Shown here piece by piece: positions 28,234-38,497 of a stretch of 60,207 bases of DNA. This stretch comes from an uncultured Clostridia bacterium (GTDB taxonomy: Bacteria; Bacillota; Clostridia; TANB77; CAG-508): the NCBI GenBank assembly GCA_947627485.1, contig CANQWF010000002.1, positions 1-60,207 of the forward strand. The letters are read 5' to 3'. Position 1 is the first letter of the stretch, and each line of letters starts with the position of its first letter. Position numbers and translations under genes: made by a program. The notes beneath the pieces were generated by a model. It did no database searches. It was not told where the DNA came from and saw only the letters and a program-made list of their open reading frames with translations.

Positions 28234-31200
28234 TTATTTTAGTTTCATTGAAAGAAGTTTAGATATTCCATTTTCTTCCATTGTTATTCCATATACTGTA
28301 TCTGCCGCTTCCATTGTTCCTTTTCTATGTGTTATTACTAAGAATTGTGTGTTTTTTGTGAATTTTTTTAAATAATCTGCAAATCTATATACATTAACAT
28401 CATCTAATGCCGCTTCTATCTCATCTAATACACAGAAAGGTGCTGGATTTATTTTTAGTATTGCAAATAGCAAAGCAATTGCTGTAAATGCTTTTTCTCC
28501 ACCTGATAGAAGTGACATGTTTTGTAGTTTTTTACCTGGTGGCTCTGCTTCTATTTCTATTCCACATTCCAAAATATTTTCTTCGTCTGTTAATTTTAGT
28601 TCAGCTTTTCCTCCGCCAAATAGTTCTCTAAATACTTCTCCAAAATTTTTATTAATAACTTTAAATTGTTTCTCAAATTGCTCTTTCATTATTTTAGTCA
28701 TATCTTGTATTACTTTTTTTAGTTTTGTACTTGAATTCTCTAAATCTAATCTTTGCTCACACATAAAGTCATATCTTTCTTTTGTTTGTTTATATTCTTC
28801 AATAGAATCAATATTAATACTACCTAAATTTTTTATTTGGTCTCTTAGGCTTTTTACTTTTTTTGAAGTTTCAGAAATATTTTCAGGTTTTTTATATTCT
28901 TCTCCTACATTATTTGGTGTGATTTCATAATCTTCCCACATTTTATTAATTATTTGTTCTAATTCATATTCTATTTTAGATTTTTTTACTTCTTGTTTTG
29001 ATATTTGTGCTTTTAATTCTTCTATTATCGTATGCTCTTCTGTTATTTCTTTTTCGGTATTTGTAAGTTCCTCGTTTTTTATAACTCTTTCTTGTTTTAA
29101 ACTATCCACTTTATCGCCACTTGTTTCTACTTCTTGTTTCATTTGCTCTATTTGCTGATTTAAACCTACAATTTGTTCTTCTAGCATTTTATTATCTTCT
29201 AATATTTTTTCTCTTAAAGATGTTTTATTCTCTATGCTAGTTTTATTGTTTTGGATGTCTTGATCTATTCTTTCGATTATTTCATCAATTGAAGTACTAC
29301 TCTCATCAAATGAACTAACAGATATCTTTAAATTAGTAATATCAAAATTTAAGTCATCTATGTATTTTTGATTATCTTTATTATTATCACTAAATGCTTT
29401 TATTTCTACAGAAAGTTCTTCTACTTCTTTTTCTAAGTCTGCAATTTCTTTCTCTAATTCTGCTTTTGTATTTGAACTTTCTTTTTTAGCTTCTTCTATT
29501 TCTGTTTGTTCTTTTCTTAAAGATGCAAGTTTATTCTCTAATCTTGTAATATTCTCTTCTACTGCTAAAACTTTCTGTTTTTCTGTTGCATATTCGATTT
29601 CTGTATCTTGCATTATATATTCTAATCCAATTACTTCTTCTATAACATCTTCCTGAGATTTTTCATATTCTTGCTTTTCTTTTTCTAAGTCTTCTATATT
29701 TTTACTTAATTTTTTTATTTCTTTTTCTAAGTCTTCTATTTGTGTGGTCCTTCCGATAATATTATTAAACTTAGCTTTAACAGATCCACCTGTTATTGCA
29801 CCACTTGGATTTATTACATCACCTTTTAATGTAACAATTCTAAATGAATAACTGTTTTGTCTTGCAAGAATAATTGCAGTTTCCATATTATCTACAATTA
29901 CTGTTCTACCAAGTAAATTTAATATTATTTCTTCATATTTTTTATTTACTTTAACTAAGTCAGATGCAATTCCTATTACACCACCTAAATTGTTTTTTAT
30001 TAATCTATCAACTTTTTTGCCTTTTACAGATGCAATTGGCAAAAATGATGCTCTTCCTAAATTATTTTTTCTTAAATGTTCTATTAATTTTTTTGCATCT
30101 TCTTCTGTATCTGTAACTATGTTTTGAAGTGTTTGCCCTAATGCCATTTCTATTGCTGTTTCATACTCTTTTGGTACTGATATAATATTTGCAAGTACTC
30201 CATGCATACCTTTTTTTAAGCTTTCATTTTTATCACATTCTAATAAAAGGGATTTTACACTTCTTGTGTATCCTTCTTTTTCTTTTTCCATATCACTTAG
30301 GAATTTAAGTTTTGAGTCTTTTACTCTCATCTCACTCGATAAAGTATTTATTTTATCTTGATATTCTTTTAACTTTGAAAGACTTTTTTCCTTTTTTTCG
30401 TTTATCTCTTCTAATTTTTTTGAAGTTTCATTTCGTTTTGATTCTATTTCATAAAAATTTTTAGATATTTCATCTTTTTCTAATCTCTTTTGGTCTAGTT
30501 CCGAAATAGTATCAGATATTTCGCCTTTAATTGTTTTTTCTCTTTTTTCTAGGTTCTCGTAATTAACTTCTTGAGTATTAATTAATGTAGATTTTTCATA
30601 CTTTAAGTCAGTATTTTCTTCTACTTTCTTTTTTTTGTCTTCTATTTTCTTTTCTTCTGCAGATAATTTTGTGCTTATTTCTTCTAGCTCTTTTTCTTTC
30701 TCTTCTAATTCTTTAGCAAATTTTTCTCTGTTTGAAGATAGATTTGTTTTCTTTTCTAATCTCTGTTTCTTTTCTTCTTCTAATTCTGTAATTCTTAAAT
30801 TTACTTCTTCTATTTCTTTTAAATATCTATCAAAATTTTCTTTGTTATTTGCAATTCTTTCATTTGCAATATTAATATCTGAATTTATCTTTTCTTGTTT
30901 TTCTCTCATTTCAAAGCCTAAATTTTGTGTTTCTTCTATTTTTAAAGTTATTTCATCTATTGCTTCCTTTAATCTTTCTTTTTGCTCTTGTTTTTCTTGC
31001 ATTTTGGCTTCTTCATCATTGTTTTGATTAGTAAAGATTTCGATATCTTTTGCAATTTCTGCAATTTTTTCTTTATAATTATCTATATTGTATAAAAATA
31101 AACCTATTTCTATTCCCTTTAATTCTTCTCTTAAATCTAAAAATTTTTTTGCTTTTTCTGATTGCTTTTTTAGTGGTTCAATATTAACCTCTATTTCTGA

Positions 31201-31785
31201 CAGTATATCATTTATTCTTAAAAGATTTAGTTTAGTTTGTTCTAATTTTTTTTCTGAATCTGCTTTTCTAACTCTATACTTTACAATTCCTGCAGCTTCT
31301 TCGAATATAGCACGTCTATCTTCTGATTTGTTACTTAGTATTTCGTCTATTTTTCCTTGTCCTATAATAGAATATCCATCTTTTCCTATACCTGTATCCA
31401 TAAATAGTTCTAATATATCTTTTAATCTACATGGCGTTTTATTTATATAATATCCTGATTCTCCACTTCTATAAAGTCTTCTTGTAACAGTAACTTCTGA
31501 AAATTCTATTGGCAGTCTTCCATCGGTATTATCTATAACAATAGAGGCTTCTGCAAAGCCTAAAGATTTTCTACTTTGAGTTCCTGCAAATATGATATCT
31601 TCTGATTTTGACCCTCTTAATGATTTCATGCTTTGCTCTCCAAGTACCCATCTAATACTATCCGAAATATTACTTTTACCTGACCCATTTGGTCCTATAA
31701 CTGATGTAATACCTGGCATAAACTCTAAAACTGTTTTATCAGCAAATGATTTAAATCCTTGTAACTCTAATCTTTTTAAATACAT
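28234..31785 (-). CDS. smc: chromosome partition protein Smc
   Basis: MYLKRLELQGFKSF.., Walker A GPNGSGKSN, long coiled coils, a hinge, and C-terminal LSGGEKA and VLDEIEAALD. Confidence 0.96.
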   Translation of the reverse strand: MYLKRLELQGFKSFADKTVLEFMPGITSVIGPNGSGKSNISDSIRWVLGEQSMKSLRGSKSEDIIFAGTQSRKSLGFAEASIVIDNTDGRLPIEFSEVTVTRRLYRSGESGYYINKTPCRLKDILELFMDTGIGKDGYSIIGQGKIDEILSNKSEDRRAIFEEAAGIVKYRVRKADSEKKLEQTKLNLLRINDILSEIEVNIEPLKKQSEKAKKFLDLREELKGIEIGLFLYNIDNYKEKIAEIAKDIEIFTNQNNDEEAKMQEKQEQKERLKEAIDEITLKIEETQNLGFEMREKQEKINSDINIANERIANNKENFDRYLKEIEEVNLRITELEEEKKQRLEKKTNLSSNREKFAKELEEKEKELEEISTKLSAEEKKIEDKKKKVEENTDLKYEKSTLINTQEVNYENLEKREKTIKGEISDTISELDQKRLEKDEISKNFYEIESKRNETSKKLEEINEKKEKSLSKLKEYQDKINTLSSEMRVKDSKLKFLSDMEKEKEGYTRSVKSLLLECDKNESLKKGMHGVLANIISVPKEYETAIEMALGQTLQNIVTDTEEDAKKLIEHLRKNNLGRASFLPIASVKGKKVDRLIKNNLGGVIGIASDLVKVNKKYEEIILNLLGRTVIVDNMETAIILARQNSYSFRIVTLKGDVINPSGAITGGSVKAKFNNIIGRTTQIEDLEKEIKKLSKNIEDLEKEKQEYEKSQEDVIEEVIGLEYIMQDTEIEYATEKQKVLAVEENITRLENKLASLRKEQTEIEEAKKESSNTKAELEKEIADLEKEVEELSVEIKAFSDNNKDNQKYIDDLNFDITNLKISVSSFDESSTSIDEIIERIDQDIQNNKTSIENKTSLREKILEDNKMLEEQIVGLNQQIEQMKQEVETSGDKVDSLKQERVIKNEELTNTEKEITEEHTIIEELKAQISKQEVKKSKIEYELEQIINKMWEDYEITPNNVGEEYKKPENISETSKKVKSLRDQIKNLGSINIDSIEEYKQTKERYDFMCEQRLDLENSSTKLKKVIQDMTKIMKEQFEKQFKVINKNFGEVFRELFGGGKAELKLTDEENILECGIEIEAEPPGKKLQNMSLLSGGEKAFTAIALLFAILKINPAPFCVLDEIEAALDDVNVYRFADYLKKFTKNTQFLVITHRKGTMEAADTVYGITMEENGISKLLSMKLK

Positions 31786-31935
31786 GTCTCCCACCTTCAA
31801 AGAAAATGAGAAGCTAATTTGCTTCTTTTTCTAAAATTCAATATTATATATAATATATTAAAAAAAGTATTTTATCAACATTTTTTTGCATTTTTTAAGA
31901 GACTTCTGTCTTGAAGTCTCTTAAAAAGTTACAAA

Positions 31936-33664
31936 TTAATTTTCTTCTACTACTACCTTATTAATATAACCTGTTGCATTATCTTTTTCTAATGTTACTT
32001 TATATTCTTTGGTTACATCTAAATTATTTTCTTCTACACCACTATATGTAACTGTGTGTTCAGAATCTATTTGATTACTTGAATTTATAGCATTTATAAG
32101 TATTTTTATTTCTTCTCCCTTTCTTGTGCCTTCATATACTTCAAATTGTGCATTAAATGTATCTTTAAGCATTGTACTCATAGAAGATTGTTCCTGTTGT
32201 ATTGCATTTTGAGTCTCTTGTGATGCTTGCTGTGCTAATTGTTCAATTCCACCATTTTTCATCATATTTATAAATGCCTCATTTTTAAGTTTTTCACTTA
32301 TTAATTTTCCTAAATTATTAAATAAATTATTTAATTGCTCTTTTGGAACTTTATTTATTACTAAATGATTTCCTTCTGCATACTCTTCGATTTCTGGAGC
32401 TGCTGAAAAGTCTGTTGTGTTATTTAATTCAAAATTTGCAATTACTCCATTCCCTAATTGAAGTGGTATTGATAGATTAAATGTAACATTATTTGATGTT
32501 AGCTCACCTGTTCTTGATAGATTTATATTAAAGTTTGAAGGATCTTCATCTCCTATTTTACTACTTATAACACATTCAAAACTCTCTTGTTCATTTGAAT
32601 TTTCTGTTTTTGTAATTTCTATAGTTGCTTCATTTTTTGTATCAAAACTTGTTTCTACTAAACTGAATATCATTTTAATACCATCAGATGTTTTTTCTAT
32701 AGAAATTTGTCCATTGGTTGTATCTTCTACTGATATATCTATAGATAATTTAACAGTATCTTTTCCTTGTTTATATACACTTATGTCTAAAATTTTAATA
32801 TTATCTTCGCTAGATATTTCTGTAGATATACTATTTATAAATTCATCAACACTGCTTTGATATTCTTCAAAAGTTAAAGCTGTTTCTTTATTTATTTGAG
32901 TAGTAATATTAACAATTTGATTATAAACTTGTTCATCATTTTTTGCTTGTTTAAAAATTTCTATAAGTATTTTTTGTAAATCTTTTACTTTTAATTCTAT
33001 TCCATATCCATCTGCTTGTACAGTTTTATCTCCTAGAGATATATCACCTTTGTTGATTTTATAATAATTATCTTCAGGTATTACTTCAATTGCGGTATTT
33101 AGATATTTACTAAATAAATTGCTTATTTCTTCATAATTTATATTATTTGTTAATTTGCCAATTTCTATTTTATCTGGTATAGCACTTACATCTTCTACTC
33201 CTAAATTTTTAGCAAATTCCTTTAAATTATTGTTTTCAACTACAATATATTGTCCAACTATATCTTTAAACAATACTCCATATAAATCATTATCTCTTAA
33301 ATAATTCATTGTAAGCAATGCTTCATTATCTTTATCGATAGTAATTTCATAGTCTGACTTATTATTTACTGGGTCTGTATATCCGGGCATATTTTATTGA
33401 TTCATTGATGCTATCTGCTTCTTGTGTTAAACTAACATTAAAAGCTCCATTAGTTGAATGCCCTTGACTCTCTGTTCTTTTTAGGTAATCGTTATATCCT
33501 TCTAAATCGACAAATTCTTTAAATCCAATTTGCTCTGCATATTTGCAAAACAATTGTTTATCTGATTTAAAAATATCTGTTGCAAAAAACAATACTGCAA
33601 ATGTAGCACTTCCAATTAATAGTACTGATACTAATGCAATTATTATAATTTTTATTTTTTTCAT
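31936..33664 (-). CDS. hypothetical membrane-anchored protein; needs a +1 shift at CGG-A 33382..33385
   Basis: N-terminal TM (KIIIIALVSVLLIGSATFAVLFF). ORFs 33362..33664 and 31936..33390 overlap and join at the site. Length is 1729 nt = 576 codons + 1 nt. Confidence 0.6.
33382..33385 (-). other. CGG-A candidate +1 recoding site (hypothetical protein)
   Basis: Sense aaa tat gcc CGG ata tac .. taa. Dropping one C gives gcc GGA tat aca gac cca gta. This is the only site with a short C run (ccc). Confidence 0.55.
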
Positions 33665-33801
33665 GTACTTTCTCTCTCCTTTCTATATTTTTATTTTATC
33701 ATAATATTTTTTTAAAATCTACAAATTATATCACTTTTCTTTTTATTTTTACATATTATATATTAAGCTTAATGCTAATAAAAAGAAAGGAATTGATTTT
33801 G

Positions 33802-34287
33802 ATGGATTTTGAAAAAGATTTTTGTCCTGTAGTTAAAGTAGACGGATTTATTGAAAAAGGGAAACAATTTGACTTGGAAATTAATCTTCCAGAAGATAAC
33901 AGAAATGTAATTTATGGAGTAATTAAGGATTGTTATAAAGATCCTGTTGAAAATGCTGTAGTAAAACTTATAGAAGTATGTTACGAATATGGAAAAGAAG
34001 AAAGAAGACCAGTTTCTCATACTTTTACAGATAAAGATGGAGAATTTGTATTTGGACCACTTTGTCCAGACAAATCTTACGAAATTCAAATTTGGGTAGA
34101 CAGAGTAAAACATGTAAAAATCTGTAAAGAATGTAAACGTCAAGGTAAATGTTTAAAAGGCGTAAAATTAGATTGCAAAGATTTACCATGCAAAGAAGAA
34201 TGTAAAAAAGAAGAACACAAAGATTGTAATAAATGCGATTGTAAAGAAGAATACAACAATAAATACGACTCTAAATGTTGTAAATAA
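33802..34287 (+). CDS. Cys/Lys-rich protein with a carboxypeptidase-regulatory-like fold (possible spore coat protein)
   Basis: The N-terminal part (GVIKDCYKDPVENAVVKLIE..FTDKDGEFVFGPL) is followed by a tail KICKECKRQGKCLKGVKLDCKDLPCKEECKKEEHKDCNKCDCKEE..KCCK. An alternative start is at 33772. Confidence 0.5.
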   Translation: MDFEKDFCPVVKVDGFIEKGKQFDLEINLPEDNRNVIYGVIKDCYKDPVENAVVKLIEVCYEYGKEERRPVSHTFTDKDGEFVFGPLCPDKSYEIQIWVDRVKHVKICKECKRQGKCLKGVKLDCKDLPCKEECKKEEHKDCNKCDCKEEYNNKYDSKCCK

Positions 34288-34356
34288 GCAAAACTATAAC
34301 AGACATTTTAGTTTATATATCTTTAAACTAAAATGTCTGCTACTTTTTATTTATTT

Positions 34357-36601
34357 TTATTCTACTACTCTTATTTCAAATGCTTGATTGATTTCGTCTA
34401 CCATCTCTGGTGTAATTTTTGTTGAACCTGCACTTTGGTATTTAAAGTTTAATACAGCATATTTTGTATCTGTAATTGTTAGTGTGTTACTTGGATTAAT
34501 CCATCCATTATCTTTTTTTAGCTTCCATTTATTTTCTTTTACCAACTCTGAATCTAAATCAACTATATTACATCCATAATAATAATTTGGATTGGTCATT
34601 TTAATTTCGTATGTTTTTTCTGGATCCAACTGGATAACATGCATACTGCTTGCTCTTTGTGCATTTCCCGTTCTTGAAACATTAGGATTGCCACTCCAAC
34701 CAAGGCCTTCTGCTATTTCGTATCCTACAAGTTTATCTCCTTCCAAATATGTTTTATATGTAATATAATTCGTTCCACAATCTTTCCACATATTACCATT
34801 GTCCGTAACATTATCTGTATTCCATCTATCTTTCCTTCCATATACTAATTTTAAATTAGTACATCCAGAAAACATACTACTCATGTCTTTTACTTTGCTT
34901 GTATCAAAGTTACTTAAGTCTAATTCCGATAGACCACTACATCCAGAAAACATACGACTCATATTTGTAACATTACTTGTATCAAAGCTACCTAAATCTA
35001 GTTCTGTTAGGCCACTGCATCCTTGAAACATCCAATCCATATCTGTAACATTACTTGTCTCAAAGTTACTTAAGTCTAATTCCGATATGCCACTGCACCC
35101 AGAAAACATTGAACTCATATCTGTTACTAAGGTCGTATCAAAATTTTTTAAATCTAATACTTTTAGGCTACGACAATTGTCAAACATCCAATGCATATCT
35201 GTAACATTATTTGTTTTAAAGTTACCTAAATTTAATTCCGATAGGCTACTACAACTATAAAACATTGAACTCATATTGGTAACATTATCTGTTTTAAAGT
35301 TACTCAAATCTAGTTCCGATAAATTACTACAACCATTAAACATTAAACTCATATTTGTTACTAAAGTTGTATCAAAATTTTTTAAGTCTAATCCTTTTAG
35401 ACTACTGCAATCGATAAACATCCAACTCATATCTGTAACATTATTTGTTTTAAAGTTACTCAAATCTAGCTCTGTTAGTTTACTGCAATTATCAAACATG
35501 CCACTCATATTTGTAACATTATCTGTGTTAAAGCTACTTAAATCTAATTGAGTTAAGGACAAACAATAATCAAATAAGTAGCTCATATCTGTGACTTTAC
35601 TTGTATTAAAATTGCTTATATTTAATGTTTCTAATTTATCACACCTCTCAAACATACTGTGCATATCTGTTACATTTTGTGTATTAAAGCTTGTTAAATC
35701 TAGCTCTGTTAAATTTTTACAACAACCAAACATCCAACTCATACTTGTTACATTACTTGTATTTAATTTTTCAATTCCATTAATAGTTGTTAAATGATTA
35801 CAGTCATAAAACCACAACGCTGTTTCGTTTGGTACTATTTCATTTTGTATTTCTACTATTATTATATTATCTTTGTCTGCACGCCATGGTGCTTCATTAC
35901 CATAATAATTAAAAGTTTTTCCTTTTATATTTCCATACTCTTCTGATACATCTTTTCCTACTATCTTATCTTGGTTATTGCTAAACCCTAATGTTCCATC
36001 TTTATATAATGTTACATATATATCTGTTAGTTCTTCTAGCACTTCTTCTTCTATTTTTTCTATTCTTCCATCTGGATATAATTTGTATGTATTTCCTGTT
36101 TCTTCAAATGTTATTATCCATCCATCTGTTTCGTTTCCTGTTACTGTTGCTCCTGCTACTTCTAAATTTGCTTCTTCTCCTTGCATTCTTACCATTTGAT
36201 ATGCTGAATATCCCGCCATTATTTGCTCTTTTTCTTTTGCTATTTGTGTTCTGCTTGCTGCATCTTTTGCTGCGCTGAATAGTCCTCCATTTATTGCTAT
36301 GCTTACTGTTACTCCTACTAATATTAACATTACAATTATTGTGATTATTAATGCAATTAGAGTAATTCCTTTGTGATTATAAGTTAGTGTTCGGATTTGA
36401 GAATTCGGATTTGAGTATGTCTTTGGAGAATCTGTGGCATTTCCTTCGAAGTGCGGGTCGTCGAGGGCGCCGACCCCTACAATGTTTGCATTCTGTTTTG
36501 TTCTGATGTTCCTTTTTATATGGAGCATTTTCTTCGAAGTACGGGCGTCCAATGAACGCCCCTACAGTGTTTGCATTTGGTTTTAATTTTTTATCTTTCA
36601 T
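34357..36601 (-). CDS. membrane-anchored surface protein, paralog family member 4, with DUF285/BspA-type 26-residue leucine-rich repeats; needs a +1 shift at CGG-C 36469..36472
   Basis: The conserved family promoter, RBS and start (MKDKKLKPNANTVG..) are at 36601. After the shift it reads ALDDPHFEGN..HKGITLIALIITIIVMLILVGVTVSIAINGGLF, then about 13 repeats of NVTxMxxMFxxCxxLxxLDLSxFxT. Length is 2245 nt = 748 codons + 1 nt. Confidence 0.7.
36445..36490 (-). repeat. REP-like palindrome, copy 2 in the leader of gene 34357..36601
   Basis: Sense tgcaaacattgtaGGGGTCGgcgccctcgaCGACCCgcacttcgaa. It contains the CGG-C site. Confidence 0.7.
36469..36472 (-). other. CGG-C candidate +1 recoding site (LRR surface protein leader)
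   Basis: Sense tgt agg ggt CGG cgc cct cga. Dropping C gives ggt GGC gcc ctc gac gac ccg cac ttc gaa, the frame of the 731-aa ORF. Confidence 0.6.
36533..36575 (-). repeat. REP-like palindrome, copy 1 in the leader of gene 34357..36601
   Basis: Sense tgcaaacactgtaGGGGCGttcattggaCGCCCgtacttcgaa encodes ANTVGAFIGRPYFE. Confidence 0.7.
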
Positions 36602-36643
36602 ATGTTTTTATCTCCTTCTTTTGTTCGTTTTTCGTTTATGTCC

Positions 36644-36672
36644 ATTATATTATATAGATTTTTGTTTTGCAA
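36644..36672 (-). promoter_or_regulatory. sigma-A-type promoter of gene 34357..36601
   Basis: Minus strand TTGCAA-17 nt-TATAAT, at the family-conserved position. Confidence 0.45.
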
Positions 36673-36753
36673 TAGCTTTTTTATACAAATTTAAATACAT
36701 ATAAAACATATAAAAATCACGTAGATAAATACGTGATTTTTATATATACTTTC

Positions 36754-36891
36754 TTAAAAAGCTCCCATCTTTTTTGCTAATTGTTTACCTCTTCTCATAA
36801 TTCTTTTTTTATTCATCATTCCATCATTATACATCATTGCTACCCCTGCTGCAACCATAGTTCCAATTATCATTCCTTTAACGAATTTCAT
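36754..36891 (-). CDS. small membrane protein (45 aa)
   Basis: MKFVKGMIIGTMVAAGVAMMYNDGMMNKKRIMRRGKQLAKKMGAF with RBS GGAGAGTGA. The hairpin ATCACGTA..TACGTGAT (36718..36741) follows. Confidence 0.5.
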   Translation of the reverse strand: MKFVKGMIIGTMVAAGVAMMYNDGMMNKKRIMRRGKQLAKKMGAF

Positions 36892-36913
36892 AAAATCACT
36901 CTCCTTTCGTTAT

Positions 36914-37019
36914 AAATTGTAGTTTGTGTTAGGGGAATTCTAGGAACTGTCCCTAAAAAATCACCAAATTTGGGGATTTTTGGGACTGTCCTGAATTCTC
37001 CAAACATAAACTACAATTT
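36914..37019 (+). mobile_element. MITE-like element, ~110-bp subfamily, copy 2 (more diverged)
   Basis: aaattgtagtttgtgttaggggaattctaggaactgtccctaaaaaatcaccaaatttggggatttttgggactgtcctgaattctccaaacataaactacaattt. It abuts the stop codon of gene 37018..37410. Confidence 0.7.
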
Positions 37020-37410
37020 ATTTCTTTATTTTATTGTTTGTATTTTTATCTTTTTTATACTGCTTAACTAATGAATAAATTTCGTATATTGTAATAAATA
37101 TCAAAAAAATGCCAAAATATCTTTTTAAATGATTTACATCCATTTTTACTGATATTTTAGCTCCGAGTATTGCTCCAAATATGCCAGATATTGCTACAGG
37201 TATACCAATTTTCCAATTTATTAATTTATCTTTTATTGTTGTAGTAATAGCTGTTATAGATGTAGGAACAAAGAAAACTAAATTTGTTGCTTGTGCTATG
37301 TGTTGATCAATCCCCATAAAAACAGAAAGTATGAGAATTAAAATTGTTCCTCCTCCCATACCTGTTCCACTTACTGTGCCTGATATTATCCCCGTAAAAA
37401 ATTCTAACAT
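37018..37410 (-). CDS. TauE/SafE (DUF81) family membrane transporter, half-size protein
   Basis: 130 aa with 4 predicted TM helices and a G-rich N-terminus (GTGMGGGTILIL). Confidence 0.65.
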   Translation of the reverse strand: MLEFFTGIISGTVSGTGMGGGTILILILSVFMGIDQHIAQATNLVFFVPTSITAITTTIKDKLINWKIGIPVAISGIFGAILGAKISVKMDVNHLKRYFGIFLIFITIYEIYSLVKQYKKDKNTNNKIKK

Positions 37411-37434
37411 TTCTATCCTCTTTATATATGATTC

Positions 37435-37785
37435 TTAAATAATCATTTTTATAGATACATATATTAAAAAAATAATGAATAAAATTTTTAGTATTTTATC
37501 TGATAATTTTTTTAGTAGTTTTGCTCCTATAAATCCACCTATAATTCCACCTATTGCACATTTTATTCCAATTCCCCAATCTACATAGTTATTATTGTAA
37601 TAAAATAAACCACTTGTTATAACCATAGGTAAAATTGCAAAAACAGACGTTGCTCTGGCTTCTGCTTCGTTTAATTTAAATACATGTACAAATGCAGGTA
37701 CAACTAACATTCCACCCCCTGCTGCAAATAATCCACTTATAAAACCTGCAATTATTCCCAATGATATTTTTTTAATCATCTTCAC
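37435..37785 (-). CDS. TauE/SafE (DUF81) family membrane transporter, half-size protein
   Basis: 116 aa with 4 predicted TM helices (FAAGGGMLVVPAF). It has its own stop, and the next gene has its own RBS. Confidence 0.65.
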   Translation of the reverse strand: MKMIKKISLGIIAGFISGLFAAGGGMLVVPAFVHVFKLNEAEARATSVFAILPMVITSGLFYYNNNYVDWGIGIKCAIGGIIGGFIGAKLLKKLSDKILKILFIIFLIYVSIKMII

Positions 37786-38038
37786 TTTCTTTTAAACTTT
37801 TTTGTCTTTCTGTTTTATATTTTTTAAACATTTCTTCAGCAAGTAATGTTAGTTCATTATCACATTTAAGCATTTGAAATATTACTTCTTTTCTTAATTC
37901 TTCATTTTCTATATTTTCTGCTTTGTCTAAAAAAGCTTGTAATTCCTTTAAATATTTTGGGCCATTTGCCTTCCAATTTTTATTTTCTACATTTTTCATA
38001 TCTTTATTTTTCCTAAATTTCATTATTTTATACTTCAA
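37772..38038 (-). CDS. hypothetical protein
   Basis: 88-aa charged helical ORF overlapping the start of the TauE gene by 14 nt. No motif recognised. Confidence 0.4.
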   Translation of the reverse strand: MKYKIMKFRKNKDMKNVENKNWKANGPKYLKELQAFLDKAENIENEELRKEVIFQMLKCDNELTLLAEEMFKKYKTERQKSLKESEDD

Positions 38039-38178
38039 ATTTTATTATATTTTATCATCGTTTTTACTGGTAGGCAACTTTTTCTTACGCTTATCGTTAT
38101 ATTAATTTTACTCCATGTTATTTTAAAACATAAAATGATAAAATTTATGCAAATTAAAAAAAAGTGAGATGAAGTAAT

Positions 38179-38394
38179 GTGATAAAAATTAAATTGTCTG
38201 ATTTATTAGGAAAACATAAGATGACTCAAAAAGCATTGGCTGAAATGACTAACATAAGGCCAGCAACCGTTTCAAAAATGTATTATGAAGAAGTTAAACG
38301 TATTGATGTAAAACACCTTAACAATATTTGTAAGGCCTTCAATTGCGAAATTTCTGAATTATTAGAATATATACCTGATGATAAAAAAAATTAA
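38179..38394 (+). CDS. XRE-family helix-turn-helix transcriptional regulator
   Basis: LSDLLGKHKMTQKALAEMTNIRPATVSKMYYEE is a typical Cro/C1 HTH. Confidence 0.8.
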   Translation: MIKIKLSDLLGKHKMTQKALAEMTNIRPATVSKMYYEEVKRIDVKHLNNICKAFNCEISELLEYIPDDKKN

Positions 38395-38413
38395 ACAAAA
38401 ATAGATAGACCAA

Positions 38414-38490
38414 ATGAAACATTTTGCTCGGAGCACTTTCTCCATAATTATCAAAAAATGAGAGAAATTGCTCCGAGCAAAATGTTTCAT
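38414..38490. terminator. long inverted repeat / bidirectional terminator between convergent genes
   Basis: Perfect 21-bp arms atgaaacattttgctcggagc..gctccgagcaaaatgtttcat. Confidence 0.6.
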
Positions 38491-38497
38491 TTAATTT

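Noticed and set aside
36377-36552. ORF-track start (TTG, MDARTSKK..) for the 731-aa LRR protein, and the separate 74-aa ORF 36377..36601
   Set aside because: The family-conserved promoter, RBS and MKDK start are at 36601. The 74-aa ORF is that start read in frame 0 past the CGG-C site. The TTG at 36552 has no RBS.
37018-37785. The two TauE/SafE half-size ORFs as one frameshifted gene
   Set aside because: They are separated by a 24-nt spacer with a proper stop, an AAGAGGA RBS and an ATG. No CGG site is present. Half-size DUF81 pairs are plausible as two genes.
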